Assembly: GCA_011176615.1 (NCBI GenBank)
Contig: DUEG01000004.1
Span: 1 to 48,063, forward strand
DNA from: Anaerolineae bacterium
Lineage (GTDB): Bacteria > Chloroflexota > Anaerolineae > Anaerolineales > UBA11858
Length of the DNA: 48,063 bases
Reading direction: 5' to 3'
The translations under genes were made by a program, and so were the position numbers. The notes under the pieces were generated by a model. That model was not told where the DNA came from and did not search any database. It saw only the letters and a program-made list of their open reading frames with translations. Position 1 is the stretch's first letter; every line of letters starts with the position of its first letter. Shown in pieces: positions 1 to 9,192 of the stretch.

Positions 1-698
1 TGGTTGTGCTTGGATACGAAAACACTCTTCCAGTGACAATGGAAGACATGCTCCATCATTGTAAAGCAGTTGCTCGTGGAGCAAAATATGCTTTATTGAT
101 TGGGGATATGCCCTTCATGTCTTACCACATCTCAGCCGAACAAGCAGTTAGAAATGCTGGTCGTTTTCTCCAAGAAGCGGGGATGGATACTGTGAAACTG
201 GAAGGTGGTCGTGCCCGTGCTCAAACGATAAAAGCAATTGTAAGCGCTGGCATTCCGGTAATGGGTCATATCGGTTTAACTCCCCAAAGCGTCAATCAAT
301 TCGGTGGCTTTCGGATTCAAGGGAAAACAGCAAAGGCTGCTAAGGAAATATTCCTTGATGCTATCGCACTTCAGGAAGCGGGGTGTTACGCCCTTGTTTT
401 AGAATCGATACCATACAAAATCGCTCAATTTATCACAAAAAAACTTGATATTCCTACGATCGGTATCGGCGCAGGTGCATATTGCGATGGTCAAGTCTTA
501 GTAACCCATGATATGCTAGGAATGTTCGATCGCTTCACGCCAAAATTCGCCAAACAATATGCGAATTTGGGTCAACTCATGAGAGATTCATTTTCAAGGT
601 ATAAACAGGATGTAGAAAAAAGTGAGTTTCCCTCATTGGAATATTCTTATGATATTACTAACGATGAATGGAAAAAATTTCTTGATTTAGTAGAATGA
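1..698 (+). CDS. panB: 3-methyl-2-oxobutanoate hydroxymethyltransferase (PanB), 5'-truncated by the window edge
   Basis: Translation has PanB-typical stretches (GDMPFMSY, VKLEGG, GHIGLTPQS, GIGAG..CDGQVLV). Only about 230 aa are visible and the ORF is open to the window start. Its stop overlaps the panE start (ATGA at 695-698). Confidence 0.9.
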   Translation, partial: VVLGYENTLPVTMEDMLHHCKAVARGAKYALLIGDMPFMSYHISAEQAVRNAGRFLQEAGMDTVKLEGGRARAQTIKAIVSAGIPVMGHIGLTPQSVNQFGGFRIQGKTAKAAKEIFLDAIALQEAGCYALVLESIPYKIAQFITKKLDIPTIGIGAGAYCDGQVLVTHDMLGMFDRFTPKFAKQYANLGQLMRDSFSRYKQDVEKSEFPSLEYSYDITNDEWKKFLDLVE

Positions 699-1636
699 AA
701 AAACCCATGCAGAATTCGAAAAAACCATCAATCTTGATTGTGGGTACGGGTGCAATGGCATGCTTGTTCGCATCACTTTTCGCTCAGTGGAATATAAATG
801 TTTCCATGCTTGGATCTTGGAAGCAAGCCATTAACAATATCAACAAGAATGGTGTAAAACTCACGGATTTGAAGAAAAAAACTCACGCTTATCATGCTTT
901 TGCTTCTGACAATCCTGAGGATTTTGTTTCCGCGAAAGTTGCTCTTGTCCTTGTCAAATCCTGGCAGACAAAAAGAGCCGCTGAACAATTAAATACCTGC
1001 CTTGCGGACGATGGCGTTTGTATAACCTTACAAAACGGATTGGGAAATGACATAATTCTTTCAAGTGTACTCGGTAAGCATCGTATCATTCGCGGAATTA
1101 CAACATATGGAGCCACAATTATAGAACCGGGATGGATTCAACTGGGAGGAATTGGAGAAATAATTATCGAAAAATACCCTATTTCCCCCCCACTTTATGA
1201 TCTCTTACAACAAACAAACTTACCTTATAAAATTTCAGAGGACATTGAAAAAGATATCTGGGAAAAATTACTCATCAATGCCACCATTAACCCACTTACA
1301 GCAATTTTAGATATTCAGAACGGGGATTTGTTAAAATTTCCCTATACAAAAAGAATTCTTAAATCAATTATCACTGAGGTCATCCAAGTCGCGCATACGC
1401 AGAACATTAACTTCTCTCCCGACAAGCAATATAAAAGAGTAATTGACGTTTTAGAAATGACAAGTCATAATCGGTCTTCAATGCTTCAAGACATAGATCG
1501 CCATGCCCCAACTGAAATCGAAAACATCAATGGTGCAATCGTTCGTTTAGGGGAAGCGAAGCACATTAATACTCCAGTAAACCAATCGCTTGTAGATTTG
1601 GTAAAAACGATCGCTCAGATCAGGCATTCATTATGA
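695..1636 (+). CDS. panE: 2-dehydropantoate 2-reductase (PanE/ApbA family)
   Basis: N-terminal Rossmann motif IVGTGAMACLFA. C-terminal PanE signature SSMLQDIDRHAPTEIENINGAIV. Translationally coupled to panB. Confidence 0.85.
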   Translation: MKKPMQNSKKPSILIVGTGAMACLFASLFAQWNINVSMLGSWKQAINNINKNGVKLTDLKKKTHAYHAFASDNPEDFVSAKVALVLVKSWQTKRAAEQLNTCLADDGVCITLQNGLGNDIILSSVLGKHRIIRGITTYGATIIEPGWIQLGGIGEIIIEKYPISPPLYDLLQQTNLPYKISEDIEKDIWEKLLINATINPLTAILDIQNGDLLKFPYTKRILKSIITEVIQVAHTQNINFSPDKQYKRVIDVLEMTSHNRSSMLQDIDRHAPTEIENINGAIVRLGEAKHINTPVNQSLVDLVKTIAQIRHSL

Positions 1637-1649
1637 AAGGTAATTAACT

Positions 1650-2492
1650 ATGAAAATAATAACAAATCTATCAGAATTGATTGAAATTCGGAAAAATCTT
1701 TCTGAACCTGTAGGATTTGTTCCCACAATGGGATACCTACACGAAGGACATCTTTCTTTGGTTCGTCAAGCCAAACAAGATTGTAATAATGTAATCGTAA
1801 GTATTTTCGTTAATCCCACACAATTCGGACCGAATGAGGATTTGAATTCTTATCCGAGAGACTTAGAAAGAGATTGTTCTCTCTTGCGAGAGGTTGGCAC
1901 AGATGTCGTTTGGATTCCAGAAACCAATGAAATGTATCCAGAAAATTTTCAAACCTGGGTGATCGTTAACAACCTTACAAAACCTCTGGAGGGCGCGAGA
2001 AGACCAGACCATTTCCGAGGCGTAACAACGATTGTAGCAAAATTGTTTAATGCCGTTCAACCAAACAAGGCATATTTTGGTCAAAAAGATGCCCAACAAG
2101 CCATCGTTATCAAGAGAATGGTAAAAGATCTAAATTACCCAATTGATATCGTTGTTTGTCCAATTGTCCGAGAACCAGACGGTCTTGCAATGTCAAGCCG
2201 GAATACTTATCTTTCTGAAGATGAACGAAATGCTGCAACTGTACTCTATCGTGGATTAAATGCTGCAAAAGATCTCTTTGAACGCGGCGTACACGATGCC
2301 GACAAGATCCGCACTATCGTGAGAAAAACCATTGAAGCGGAACCGTTGGCAAAATTGCAATATGTATCTTGTGCTGACCCGCATACGCTAGAAGAACTAG
2401 TTGGTGAATTCAGTCAAAGCCTCTTATCCATTGCGGTTTTCGTTGGTAAAACAAGGCTTATTGACAATATCGTTTTGCAGAAGAAGAATTAG
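1650..2492 (+). CDS. panC: Pantoate--beta-alanine ligase (PanC)
   Basis: Motifs PTMGYLHEGHLSLV, FVNPTQF, FGQKDAQQ and MSSRN. Length (280 aa) fits PanC. Confidence 0.92.
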   Translation: MKIITNLSELIEIRKNLSEPVGFVPTMGYLHEGHLSLVRQAKQDCNNVIVSIFVNPTQFGPNEDLNSYPRDLERDCSLLREVGTDVVWIPETNEMYPENFQTWVIVNNLTKPLEGARRPDHFRGVTTIVAKLFNAVQPNKAYFGQKDAQQAIVIKRMVKDLNYPIDIVVCPIVREPDGLAMSSRNTYLSEDERNAATVLYRGLNAAKDLFERGVHDADKIRTIVRKTIEAEPLAKLQYVSCADPHTLEELVGEFSQSLLSIAVFVGKTRLIDNIVLQKKN

Positions 2493-2846
2493 GTAGTGAA
2501 ATTAAAACAAAATCGTCATTCTAATTAATTAAAACTGGTCACCTTTCAATCATGTTAATGAATTATGCCATGTCCAAGAAAAGAAAAAATACATGCCTCG
2601 GTGAACAATCGTGCCTTCAGATATGTATGCTATAACGACGAAGAACGAAAAACAAAATCCCTTGGTGGCACTTTTGCACAGAAGTTATAGGAGAGATTAC
2701 AAAATCAAAGGTGATTTCATGCATTTTTCCTCGTACTCGTAACTAAATATTTCCATATGGGTTTTATACTTATGAAATTGAGTTAAGAGGAATTGAATAT
2801 TTTTGCTTATTAATTCATTAATATACTAACTTTTTTGGAGGAAATT

Positions 2847-3191
2847 ATGACTGAACAACCTGTTTCACCTGAAATAACAAGCGACGACAAATTGTGGGCT
2901 GCCCTTGGCTATCCAATCCCTTTGATATCCATTATCGTGCTTTTTATGGAAGAGAAGAAGGATCGCCCTTTTCTTAGATTCCATGCTATTCAATCAATCG
3001 CCTTTAATGTTGTCTTATGGGTTTTGATTCTTATCGTAAGTGCAGTAACCCTAGGAATTGGGGCAGTATGTGCTCCTCTTCTTTGGTTAGTAACCCTATG
3101 GCCAGCATTTGATTCATACAATGGCAAATATACCGAAATTCCAGTCCTTACCAACTTTATAAAGAACCAGGGATGGATTGAATCTAAATAA
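2847..3191 (+). CDS. Small integral membrane protein, DUF4870-like
   Basis: About 114 aa with hydrophobic helices and the DUF4870-like segment LGYPIPLISIIVLF..K.RPFLRFHAIQS. I prefer the ATG at 2847 because GGAGG lies 6 nt upstream. The ORF track starts at 2835 (TTG). Confidence 0.7.
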   Translation: MTEQPVSPEITSDDKLWAALGYPIPLISIIVLFMEEKKDRPFLRFHAIQSIAFNVVLWVLILIVSAVTLGIGAVCAPLLWLVTLWPAFDSYNGKYTEIPVLTNFIKNQGWIESK

Positions 3192-3240
3192 AAGCTTGAA
3201 ATTTTTCAGTTGCTAATCACCACAAACTTCGTAAAAAAGG

Positions 3241-3275
3241 GACTATACCCATTTATTGGTATAGTCTCTTTGGTT
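3241..3275 (+). terminator. Intrinsic terminator after the DUF4870 gene
   Basis: Perfect 9-bp stem gactatacc / ggtatagtc with an 8-nt loop, followed by a T-rich tract tctttggttt. Confidence 0.6.
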
Positions 3276-3342
3276 TCCTTTTCAACTTCAACATTGTTTA
3301 CCACCAAAATAATTTACAAACAAACAATTTTATATTATTCCC

Positions 3343-3371
3343 TTGACTTTTAGATTATCTCCTTGTAGAAT
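3343..3371 (+). promoter_or_regulatory. Sigma70-type promoter for the glycine-riboswitch/gcv operon
   Basis: TTGACT (3343-3348), a 17-nt spacer, then TAGAAT (3366-3371). It lies about 27 nt upstream of the first riboswitch aptamer. Confidence 0.55.
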
Positions 3372-3397
3372 GAAATTGTAAAAATTTAACAAGTTTT

Positions 3398-3582
3398 GGG
3401 GAGAGACCCACTTATGGGCACCGAAGGGGCAAACTATCATTGTATAGCGAAACTCTCAGGTAAAAGGACCCAATGCTTGAATATCCCTGGAAAGGCGCAA
3501 GATCATATCATATGATGTTGGCACCGAAGGGGCAAGTGTCAGTGACTATACTGGCTCGAATCTCTCAGGTTAACGACAGGGG
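3398..3582 (+). promoter_or_regulatory. Tandem glycine riboswitch (two aptamers)
   Basis: Aptamer 1: GGGGAGAGACC...GGCACCGAAGGGGCAA...CUCUCAGGUAAAAGGACC. Aptamer 2: CUGGAAAGGCGC...GGCACCGAAGGGGCAAG...CUCUCAGGUUAACGACAGG. Both match the conserved glycine-aptamer cores known from the B. subtilis gcvT leader. The element sits directly upstream of gcvH. Confidence 0.9.
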
Positions 3583-3616
3583 CACATGCTACCATTAAAC
3601 GCGTGTGCTCTTTTTT
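3580..3616 (+). terminator. Riboswitch expression-platform terminator
   Basis: 10-bp stem gggcacatgc / gcgtgtgctc (two G-U pairs) followed by TTTTTT. The 5' arm overlaps the 3' strand of aptamer-2 P1, as expected for a glycine ON switch. Confidence 0.75.
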
Positions 3617-3652
3617 ATTAAACCAAACTAAATGGGTAGAGGAGGTATCTAG

Positions 3653-4039
3653 ATGAAAGTTCCGGATGATTTGAAATTTACAAAAAATGATGAATGGATT
3701 AGAGTTGACGGTGAAATTGGTACTATAGGAATTACAGATTATGCGCAAGATTCACTTTCCGATATTGTTTTTATTGAATTTTTAGTAGATAAAGGTGATA
3801 CTATCAACAAAGGAGAGGCCTGCGCCTCTGTAGAATCAGTTAAAGCAGCGGCTGACGTTTATATGCCTGCAAGTGGTGAGATTATTGAAATCAACGAAAG
3901 TTTAACAGACACCCCTGACTTAATCAATAGTGACCCATTTGGTGAAGCATGGATGGTGAAAGTTAAGTTATCAAATCCTAGTGAAATTGACGAATTACTT
4001 GATCCTAACGCCTACAAAACCATGGAGCACGAACATTAG
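3653..4039 (+). CDS. gcvH: Glycine cleavage system H protein
   Basis: Lipoyl-lysine motif ESVKAA, plus N-terminal DEWIRV and C-terminal NSDPFGEAWM. GGAGG RBS upstream. 128 aa. Confidence 0.93.
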   Translation: MKVPDDLKFTKNDEWIRVDGEIGTIGITDYAQDSLSDIVFIEFLVDKGDTINKGEACASVESVKAAADVYMPASGEIIEINESLTDTPDLINSDPFGEAWMVKVKLSNPSEIDELLDPNAYKTMEHEH

Positions 4040-4097
4040 AAATAGCCACTGCATGATATAAAAACAATGCTTGGATAACTAGCATTAAGGAGTTTGT

Positions 4098-5438
4098 ATG
4101 TATATTCCACACACAGATGCTGACCGTGAAGAAATGCTCAAAACGATTGGCGTTAAAAGTCTGGAGGATCTATTTGGAAGTCTTCCAAAAGAACACCTCT
4201 TTCGTCACCTTAACCTTCCCCCTGCAATTACCGAGATGGAAGCATTTAATGAATTAAAATACATTGCTTCAGTTAATGAAACAACCGAAAACTTGACTTG
4301 CTTCTTAGGTGCAGGTGCTTATAACCACTATATTCCAGCAGCAGTCGATCAAATCCTTCGCCGTGGAGAATTCTACACAGCATACACCCCCTACCAACCC
4401 GAGATCTCTCAGGGAACTCTACAAGCAATCTTTGAATATCAAAGTCTTATTTCGGCAATAACTGGTATGGACGTATCTAATGCATCTCATTATGATGGTG
4501 CAACGGCTGTGGCTGAAGCAGTCAATATGGCATATCATCAATTCCGAGGGAAAAGAAAGAAATTTATTCTATCTCCAGGATTAAATCCTCAATACCTTGA
4601 AACGGTTCATACTTATATTCCAATTGATGGAAACCAATTTCTTGGTGAAGATTTGCCTTTAAGCTCCCCTCCCTCTGCACTCTACGACTTAATTGATGAA
4701 GAAACCGCATTGATTGTAGTGCAATACCCAGATTTCTTCGGTCGTATATACGACTACACGCAACTTATAAGAAAAGCTCATGATACCAAAACGCTCGTAG
4801 CCATTCATGTGAACCCGCTGTCACTCGGGATTCTTAAAACCCCAGGAGCAATGGATGCTGATATTGTCACCGCAGAAGGTCAACCACTCGGTATTCCATT
4901 GGCATTTGGCGGCCCATATTTGGGAATCTTTGCCTCGAAAAAAGAATATGTCCGCAAAATGGCAGGACGAATAGTTGGAGAAACGAGAGACAACAAAGGT
5001 AATCGGGGGTATGTTTTAACCTTGAGTACCCGCGAACAACATATTCGACGAGAAAAAGCAACTTCAAATATTTGTAGCAACCAAGGATTGATGACTTTAG
5101 CCGTTGCGGTTTATCTCAGCCTGCTTGGAAAGCAAGGTTTGCGACAAGTCGCTACCCTAAACTATGATAAAGCCCATTATGCCGCAGATGCTATTACATC
5201 AATACCAGGATTTGAATTAGTCTTTGATACTCCATTCTTCAATGAATTTACAATTAAATGCCCAGTATCAGCCAAGAAAATTAATGAGTATCTACTCGAT
5301 AACGATATAATTGGCGGATTGGATTTGAGTGAGTATTATCCAGCGCTAAAGAATCAAATGCTCATTGCAGTAACAGAAATGATAAGCCGGGATGATATTG
5401 ACGCACTTGTAGACCTGCTCTCGGAGGTGGCAAAATGA
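4098..5438 (+). CDS. gcvPA: Glycine dehydrogenase (decarboxylating) subunit 1
   Basis: 446 aa with [29 protein letters not shown] and [18 protein letters not shown], typical of split P-protein subunit 1. AAGGAG RBS upstream. Confidence 0.93.
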   Translation: MYIPHTDADREEMLKTIGVKSLEDLFGSLPKEHLFRHLNLPPAITEMEAFNELKYIASVNETTENLTCFLGAGAYNHYIPAAVDQILRRGEFYTAYTPYQPEISQGTLQAIFEYQSLISAITGMDVSNASHYDGATAVAEAVNMAYHQFRGKRKKFILSPGLNPQYLETVHTYIPIDGNQFLGEDLPLSSPPSALYDLIDEETALIVVQYPDFFGRIYDYTQLIRKAHDTKTLVAIHVNPLSLGILKTPGAMDADIVTAEGQPLGIPLAFGGPYLGIFASKKEYVRKMAGRIVGETRDNKGNRGYVLTLSTREQHIRREKATSNICSNQGLMTLAVAVYLSLLGKQGLRQVATLNYDKAHYAADAITSIPGFELVFDTPFFNEFTIKCPVSAKKINEYLLDNDIIGGLDLSEYYPALKNQMLIAVTEMISRDDIDALVDLLSEVAK

Positions 5439-6901
5439 CCGAACCAACTATTTTCGAACTTTCTTCTTCAGGAAGAAAAGGTTTTGAATTTCCAAAATCA
5501 GATGTTCCAAAAGCAGAATTGCCGAAAAACCTCCTTCGCGAGAATCTCCCCATTCCTGAACTCTCGGAAATGGATGTGATCCGTCATTTCACCAAAATAT
5601 CACAATTAAATTATGGGGTTGATATCGGTTTCTATCCGCTGGGTTCCTGTACAATGAAGTATAACCCGAAGATCAACGAGGAAACATGCCGATTACCGGG
5701 TTTCTTGTATCTTCACCCGCTACAACCAATTGCGACCGTTCAAGGGGCATTGGGTTTAATGTACGAACTTCAAGAGTGGCTTGCAGAGATTAGTGGAATG
5801 TCTGCCGTTAGTTTGCAGCCCGCAGCAGGGGCACATGGTGAACTAACCGGTGGATTGATCATTCACGCCTATCATCAAGCCAGAAATGACAAGAAGCGTA
5901 CAAAAATGTTAATCCCTGATTCCGCTCATGGGACAAACCCCGCATCATCAGCGATGAGTGGCATGCATATTGTTCAAATTCCCTCTGATCATCGCGGTAA
6001 TGTTGACCTCAACGTCCTCAAAGCCGAAGCAGACGATACCCTTGCAGGTTTAATGCTCACAAATCCTAATACATTGGGTCTCTTTGATGAACACCTAAAA
6101 GAAATCATCGAGATTGTTCACAATGCCGGTGGATTAGTATACGGCGATGGCGCAAACCTGAACGCATTACTTGGAATTTCCAGACCAGGAGATTTTGGGA
6201 CGGATATTTTACACTTTAACCTTCACAAAACATTCTCGACACCACATGGTGGTGGTGGACCTGGTTCAGGACCTGTTGGTGTCGCAAAACATCTCGTAGA
6301 TTTTCTACCCAATCCAATTGTGACTAAAATTGAAGAGGGAACCAACGACAATCCACCCTTGTATGGATTTCTTAAACCAGCCAAAACCATCGGTAGGGTC
6401 AAATCATTCCACGGACATTTTGGAGTCATCGTTCGTGCTTTCACATACATTATGATGAATGGCGATGAAGGATTGCGAGAGATATCTGAACACGCCGTGC
6501 TTAATGCCAACTATATCCAAGCAAGGATTCGAGATAGTTACACAGTACCTTACGATCGCATTTGCATGCACGAATTCGTTGCTGAAGGTCGTTGGCAGGA
6601 TGCCCCAGAAGTCCACGCGCTTGATGTTGCAAAACGTCTCATGGATTATGGTTTTCACCCACCCACGAACTATTTCCCACTAATCGTCCATGAAGCACTG
6701 ATGATTGAACCAACTGAAACAGAAAACAAAGAGACTTTGGATGCGTTTTCCGACGCACTTATCAAAATCGCCAAAGAAGCGCACGAAAATCCTGAAATAC
6801 TCAAAAGCGCGCCCCATTCAACACCAGTAGGACGTTTAGACGAAGTCCGTGCTGCCCGCGATATGATCCTCACCTGCACTTTTCCGGAAGTTTCAGAATA
6901 A
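5435..6901 (+). CDS. gcvPB: Glycine dehydrogenase (decarboxylating) subunit 2
   Basis: 488 aa with [10 protein letters not shown] and the PLP site [16 protein letters not shown]. Its start overlaps the gcvPA stop (ATGA). Confidence 0.93.
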   Translation: MTEPTIFELSSSGRKGFEFPKSDVPKAELPKNLLRENLPIPELSEMDVIRHFTKISQLNYGVDIGFYPLGSCTMKYNPKINEETCRLPGFLYLHPLQPIATVQGALGLMYELQEWLAEISGMSAVSLQPAAGAHGELTGGLIIHAYHQARNDKKRTKMLIPDSAHGTNPASSAMSGMHIVQIPSDHRGNVDLNVLKAEADDTLAGLMLTNPNTLGLFDEHLKEIIEIVHNAGGLVYGDGANLNALLGISRPGDFGTDILHFNLHKTFSTPHGGGGPGSGPVGVAKHLVDFLPNPIVTKIEEGTNDNPPLYGFLKPAKTIGRVKSFHGHFGVIVRAFTYIMMNGDEGLREISEHAVLNANYIQARIRDSYTVPYDRICMHEFVAEGRWQDAPEVHALDVAKRLMDYGFHPPTNYFPLIVHEALMIEPTETENKETLDAFSDALIKIAKEAHENPEILKSAPHSTPVGRLDEVRAARDMILTCTFPEVSE

Positions 6902-6962
6902 GCAAGGAAAGAACAAAAATTTATATACTATTTGCAGATTGATTTTTCGTGTGTAAAATTCT

Positions 6963-6996
6963 CGCCTTCAGGCAAATGTCTGAAGGCGTTTTTTTT
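6963..6996 (+). terminator. Intrinsic terminator of the gcv operon
   Basis: Perfect 9-bp stem cgccttcag / ctgaaggcg with an 8-nt loop, followed by TTTTTTTT. Confidence 0.85.
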
Positions 6997-7044
6997 AGTG
7001 ATAAAATATATTTCCCCATTTTGAATCCAAGGAATTATTCAAAT

Positions 7045-8760
7045 ATGATAAAACAATCGCGATTTAAAATAACCCAGCCAAGAACGACTATCGAAATCCA
7101 CCTCGACGATGGAAGTGTACTTACTGGTCCACGCGGGGCTACCGTAGAGGAGATTTTAAAAGCAGTGGAGCGTCCCAACCAGCCGCCCATTGTCGGGGCA
7201 ATTGTAAATAATCAGTTGCGAGAACTGACTTATACAATATCCATGGACGCAAATATAAAACCTGTAACCATGGCACAAGCAGACGGTATGCGGTTCTATC
7301 GGCGATCTCTAACATTCCTACTAGAAGCCGCTTTTTATGATTTGTTTCCAAATGCAACCCTTGCAATTGATCACTCGGTATCATCTGGTGGATATTTCTG
7401 TCAGGTATATGACAGAGCGCCATTAGATGAAGAAGATTTAAGTTCTTGTGAAGCGAGGATGCGAGCGCTTGTCGCCGAAGATCTACCATTTATCCGCCAT
7501 GAAGTGCCGCTTAACGAAGCCATTGAGTACTTTAAATCGATAAATCAATTTGACAAAGTCAGGTTACTCGCTCATAGGAAAAAAAAATACTTGGTTTTAT
7601 ACAGCCTAGGTAAACACAAAGATTACCATCACGGATATATGGTCCCATCCACCGGCTACTTGAAATGGTTTGCATTAACAAAGGCTAGTGATGGTTTCAC
7701 GCTTCGCTTCCCTAGGCGCTTTCGTCCGACAGAAATTTTACCTATCTCTGCTTATCCTAAACTGTTAGAGACTTTCCAACAATATGGCTCATGGCTTCAG
7801 CATTTGGGGATTGATGATGTTGGCGCATTGAACGATACAATTCAATCCGGACGAATCCAGGAAGCGATACAAATAGCAGAGGCATTTCACGAACAACGTA
7901 TTGCAGAAATTGCTGGGTATATTGCTAAACTTAGCAAAAATGTCCACATTGTGCTGATTGCTGGTCCATCATCTTCTGGAAAAACTACATTCTCCAAACG
8001 TCTTTCAATTCATTTACTTGCCCTCGGAATTTCCCCATATCCTCTTGAACTTGATAACTATTTCGTCGACCGAGAACTGACGCCACGCGATGAAAATGGC
8101 AAGTATGATTTTGAATCCATCAAAGCGCTAGATCGCAAGCAACTATGCTCTGATTTGGAACATTTAATTAATGGCGATGAAGTTCAACTGCCAAAGTATA
8201 ATTTCTTGGAGGGGAAACAAGAAACGGGAGACAAAATAAAACTGAATCCTGGACAAATCTTGATTCTTGAAGGAATTCATGGACTAAACCCCGATTTGAT
8301 ACCTGAAATACCTTCCAAGCAAACATTTAGAATATACGCTTCAGCCTTGACACAACTAAATCTTGATAGACACAATCGGGTGTCGACAACAGATACACGT
8401 TTAATCCGTCGTATCGTTAGGGATGCTCGAGATCGTGGTTACACCGCTGAACAAACCATCAATAACTGGGAATCCGTCCGTAGAGGTGAGAAACGTTACA
8501 TCTTCCCTTATCAAGAAAATGCGGATGTAATGTTCAATTCAGCATTGGTCTATGAATTATCTGCTCTTAAACCACTTGCTGAACCTGTTTTAAGACAGGT
8601 TCCCTTCGGAACCTCTGCATACATCGAAGCAAAAAGATTATTAACATTCCTGGAGTGGTTCCTACCTATCGAGGAATACCTGATACCAGATAACTCGATA
8701 CTACGGGAATTTATTGGAAGTTCGATTCTAAAAGATTTTCGATTATGGAAAGCAGGATAA
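7045..8760 (+). CDS. Uridine/nucleoside kinase family P-loop protein with a long TGS/ThrRS-N-like N-terminal extension
   Basis: Walker A GPSSSGKTTFSKRL at about aa 330 and a PRK/Udk-like C-terminal half (LEGIHGLNP, RDARDRGY). The N-terminal ~300 aa resembles the TGS plus second-additional-domain region of ThrRS. I chose the ATG at 7045 because the ORF-track start at 6949 would run through the gcv terminator. Confidence 0.7.
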   Translation: MIKQSRFKITQPRTTIEIHLDDGSVLTGPRGATVEEILKAVERPNQPPIVGAIVNNQLRELTYTISMDANIKPVTMAQADGMRFYRRSLTFLLEAAFYDLFPNATLAIDHSVSSGGYFCQVYDRAPLDEEDLSSCEARMRALVAEDLPFIRHEVPLNEAIEYFKSINQFDKVRLLAHRKKKYLVLYSLGKHKDYHHGYMVPSTGYLKWFALTKASDGFTLRFPRRFRPTEILPISAYPKLLETFQQYGSWLQHLGIDDVGALNDTIQSGRIQEAIQIAEAFHEQRIAEIAGYIAKLSKNVHIVLIAGPSSSGKTTFSKRLSIHLLALGISPYPLELDNYFVDRELTPRDENGKYDFESIKALDRKQLCSDLEHLINGDEVQLPKYNFLEGKQETGDKIKLNPGQILILEGIHGLNPDLIPEIPSKQTFRIYASALTQLNLDRHNRVSTTDTRLIRRIVRDARDRGYTAEQTINNWESVRRGEKRYIFPYQENADVMFNSALVYELSALKPLAEPVLRQVPFGTSAYIEAKRLLTFLEWFLPIEEYLIPDNSILREFIGSSILKDFRLWKAG

Positions 8761-8772
8761 ATAAAAAAATAA

Positions 8773-9108
8773 TTAGATTCTGCTTAAATGATGCTTAACA
8801 AATTCCTTGTAAGTCTCTTCAGAAACAAATTCCCCTCCCTGAATTTCTCTACTTACTAATTTCCTACTCAGGTCAAAGGTTAATTCAACATCAATAGGTT
8901 TGTAACAACCATGACTACCTATAATTGTCTTACGACAAAAATACGAATCTCTCTTTCCTTGATCACCAAATCTTATACTTAACTCATTATAGAGATCGAT
9001 TCTGGTTTTTAACACTTCACCGCAATAATTACACTTAACATAAATACAATATGCTCTTTCAGCGGGTGATGGCTTTACGAGTTTTAATAATTTTTCCAAG
9101 ATATTCAA
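8773..9108 (-). CDS. Small Cys-rich hypothetical protein (possible zinc ribbon)
   Basis: 111 aa with CNYCGEV and, further on, CRKTIIGSHGC. TTG start with GGAG 7 nt upstream. No family recognised. Confidence 0.45.
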   Translation of the reverse strand: MNILEKLLKLVKPSPAERAYCIYVKCNYCGEVLKTRIDLYNELSIRFGDQGKRDSYFCRKTIIGSHGCYKPIDVELTFDLSRKLVSREIQGGEFVSEETYKEFVKHHLSRI

Positions 9109-9148
9109 ACATTTTCTCCATCTTGTTTAATACTATTGTAGATTCAAA

Positions 9149-9185
9149 AAGGCGACAGCATAAAAAGATTCTATACCGTCGCCTT
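9149..9185 (-). terminator. Putative terminator after the aminotransferase gene
   Basis: On the minus strand: 8-bp stem AAGGCGAC / GTCGCCTT with a long 21-nt loop, followed by TTTTT. Confidence 0.5.
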
Positions 9186-9192
9186 CTAAAAA

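Noticed and set aside
2493-2846. 354-nt panC/DUF4870 intergenic region with small ORFs (for example 2565-2690, 41 aa MPCPRKEKIH...; 2552-2635, 27 aa Cys-containing)
   Set aside because: There is no RBS before either ATG and no recognisable peptide family. I could identify no conserved RNA motif or convincing terminator. The evidence is insufficient to call anything.
6949-7044. N-terminal extension of the kinase ORF given by the ORF track
   Set aside because: The extension starts at a GTG with no RBS and contains the perfect gcv-operon terminator (6963-6996). The ATG at 7045 gives a sensible N-terminus.
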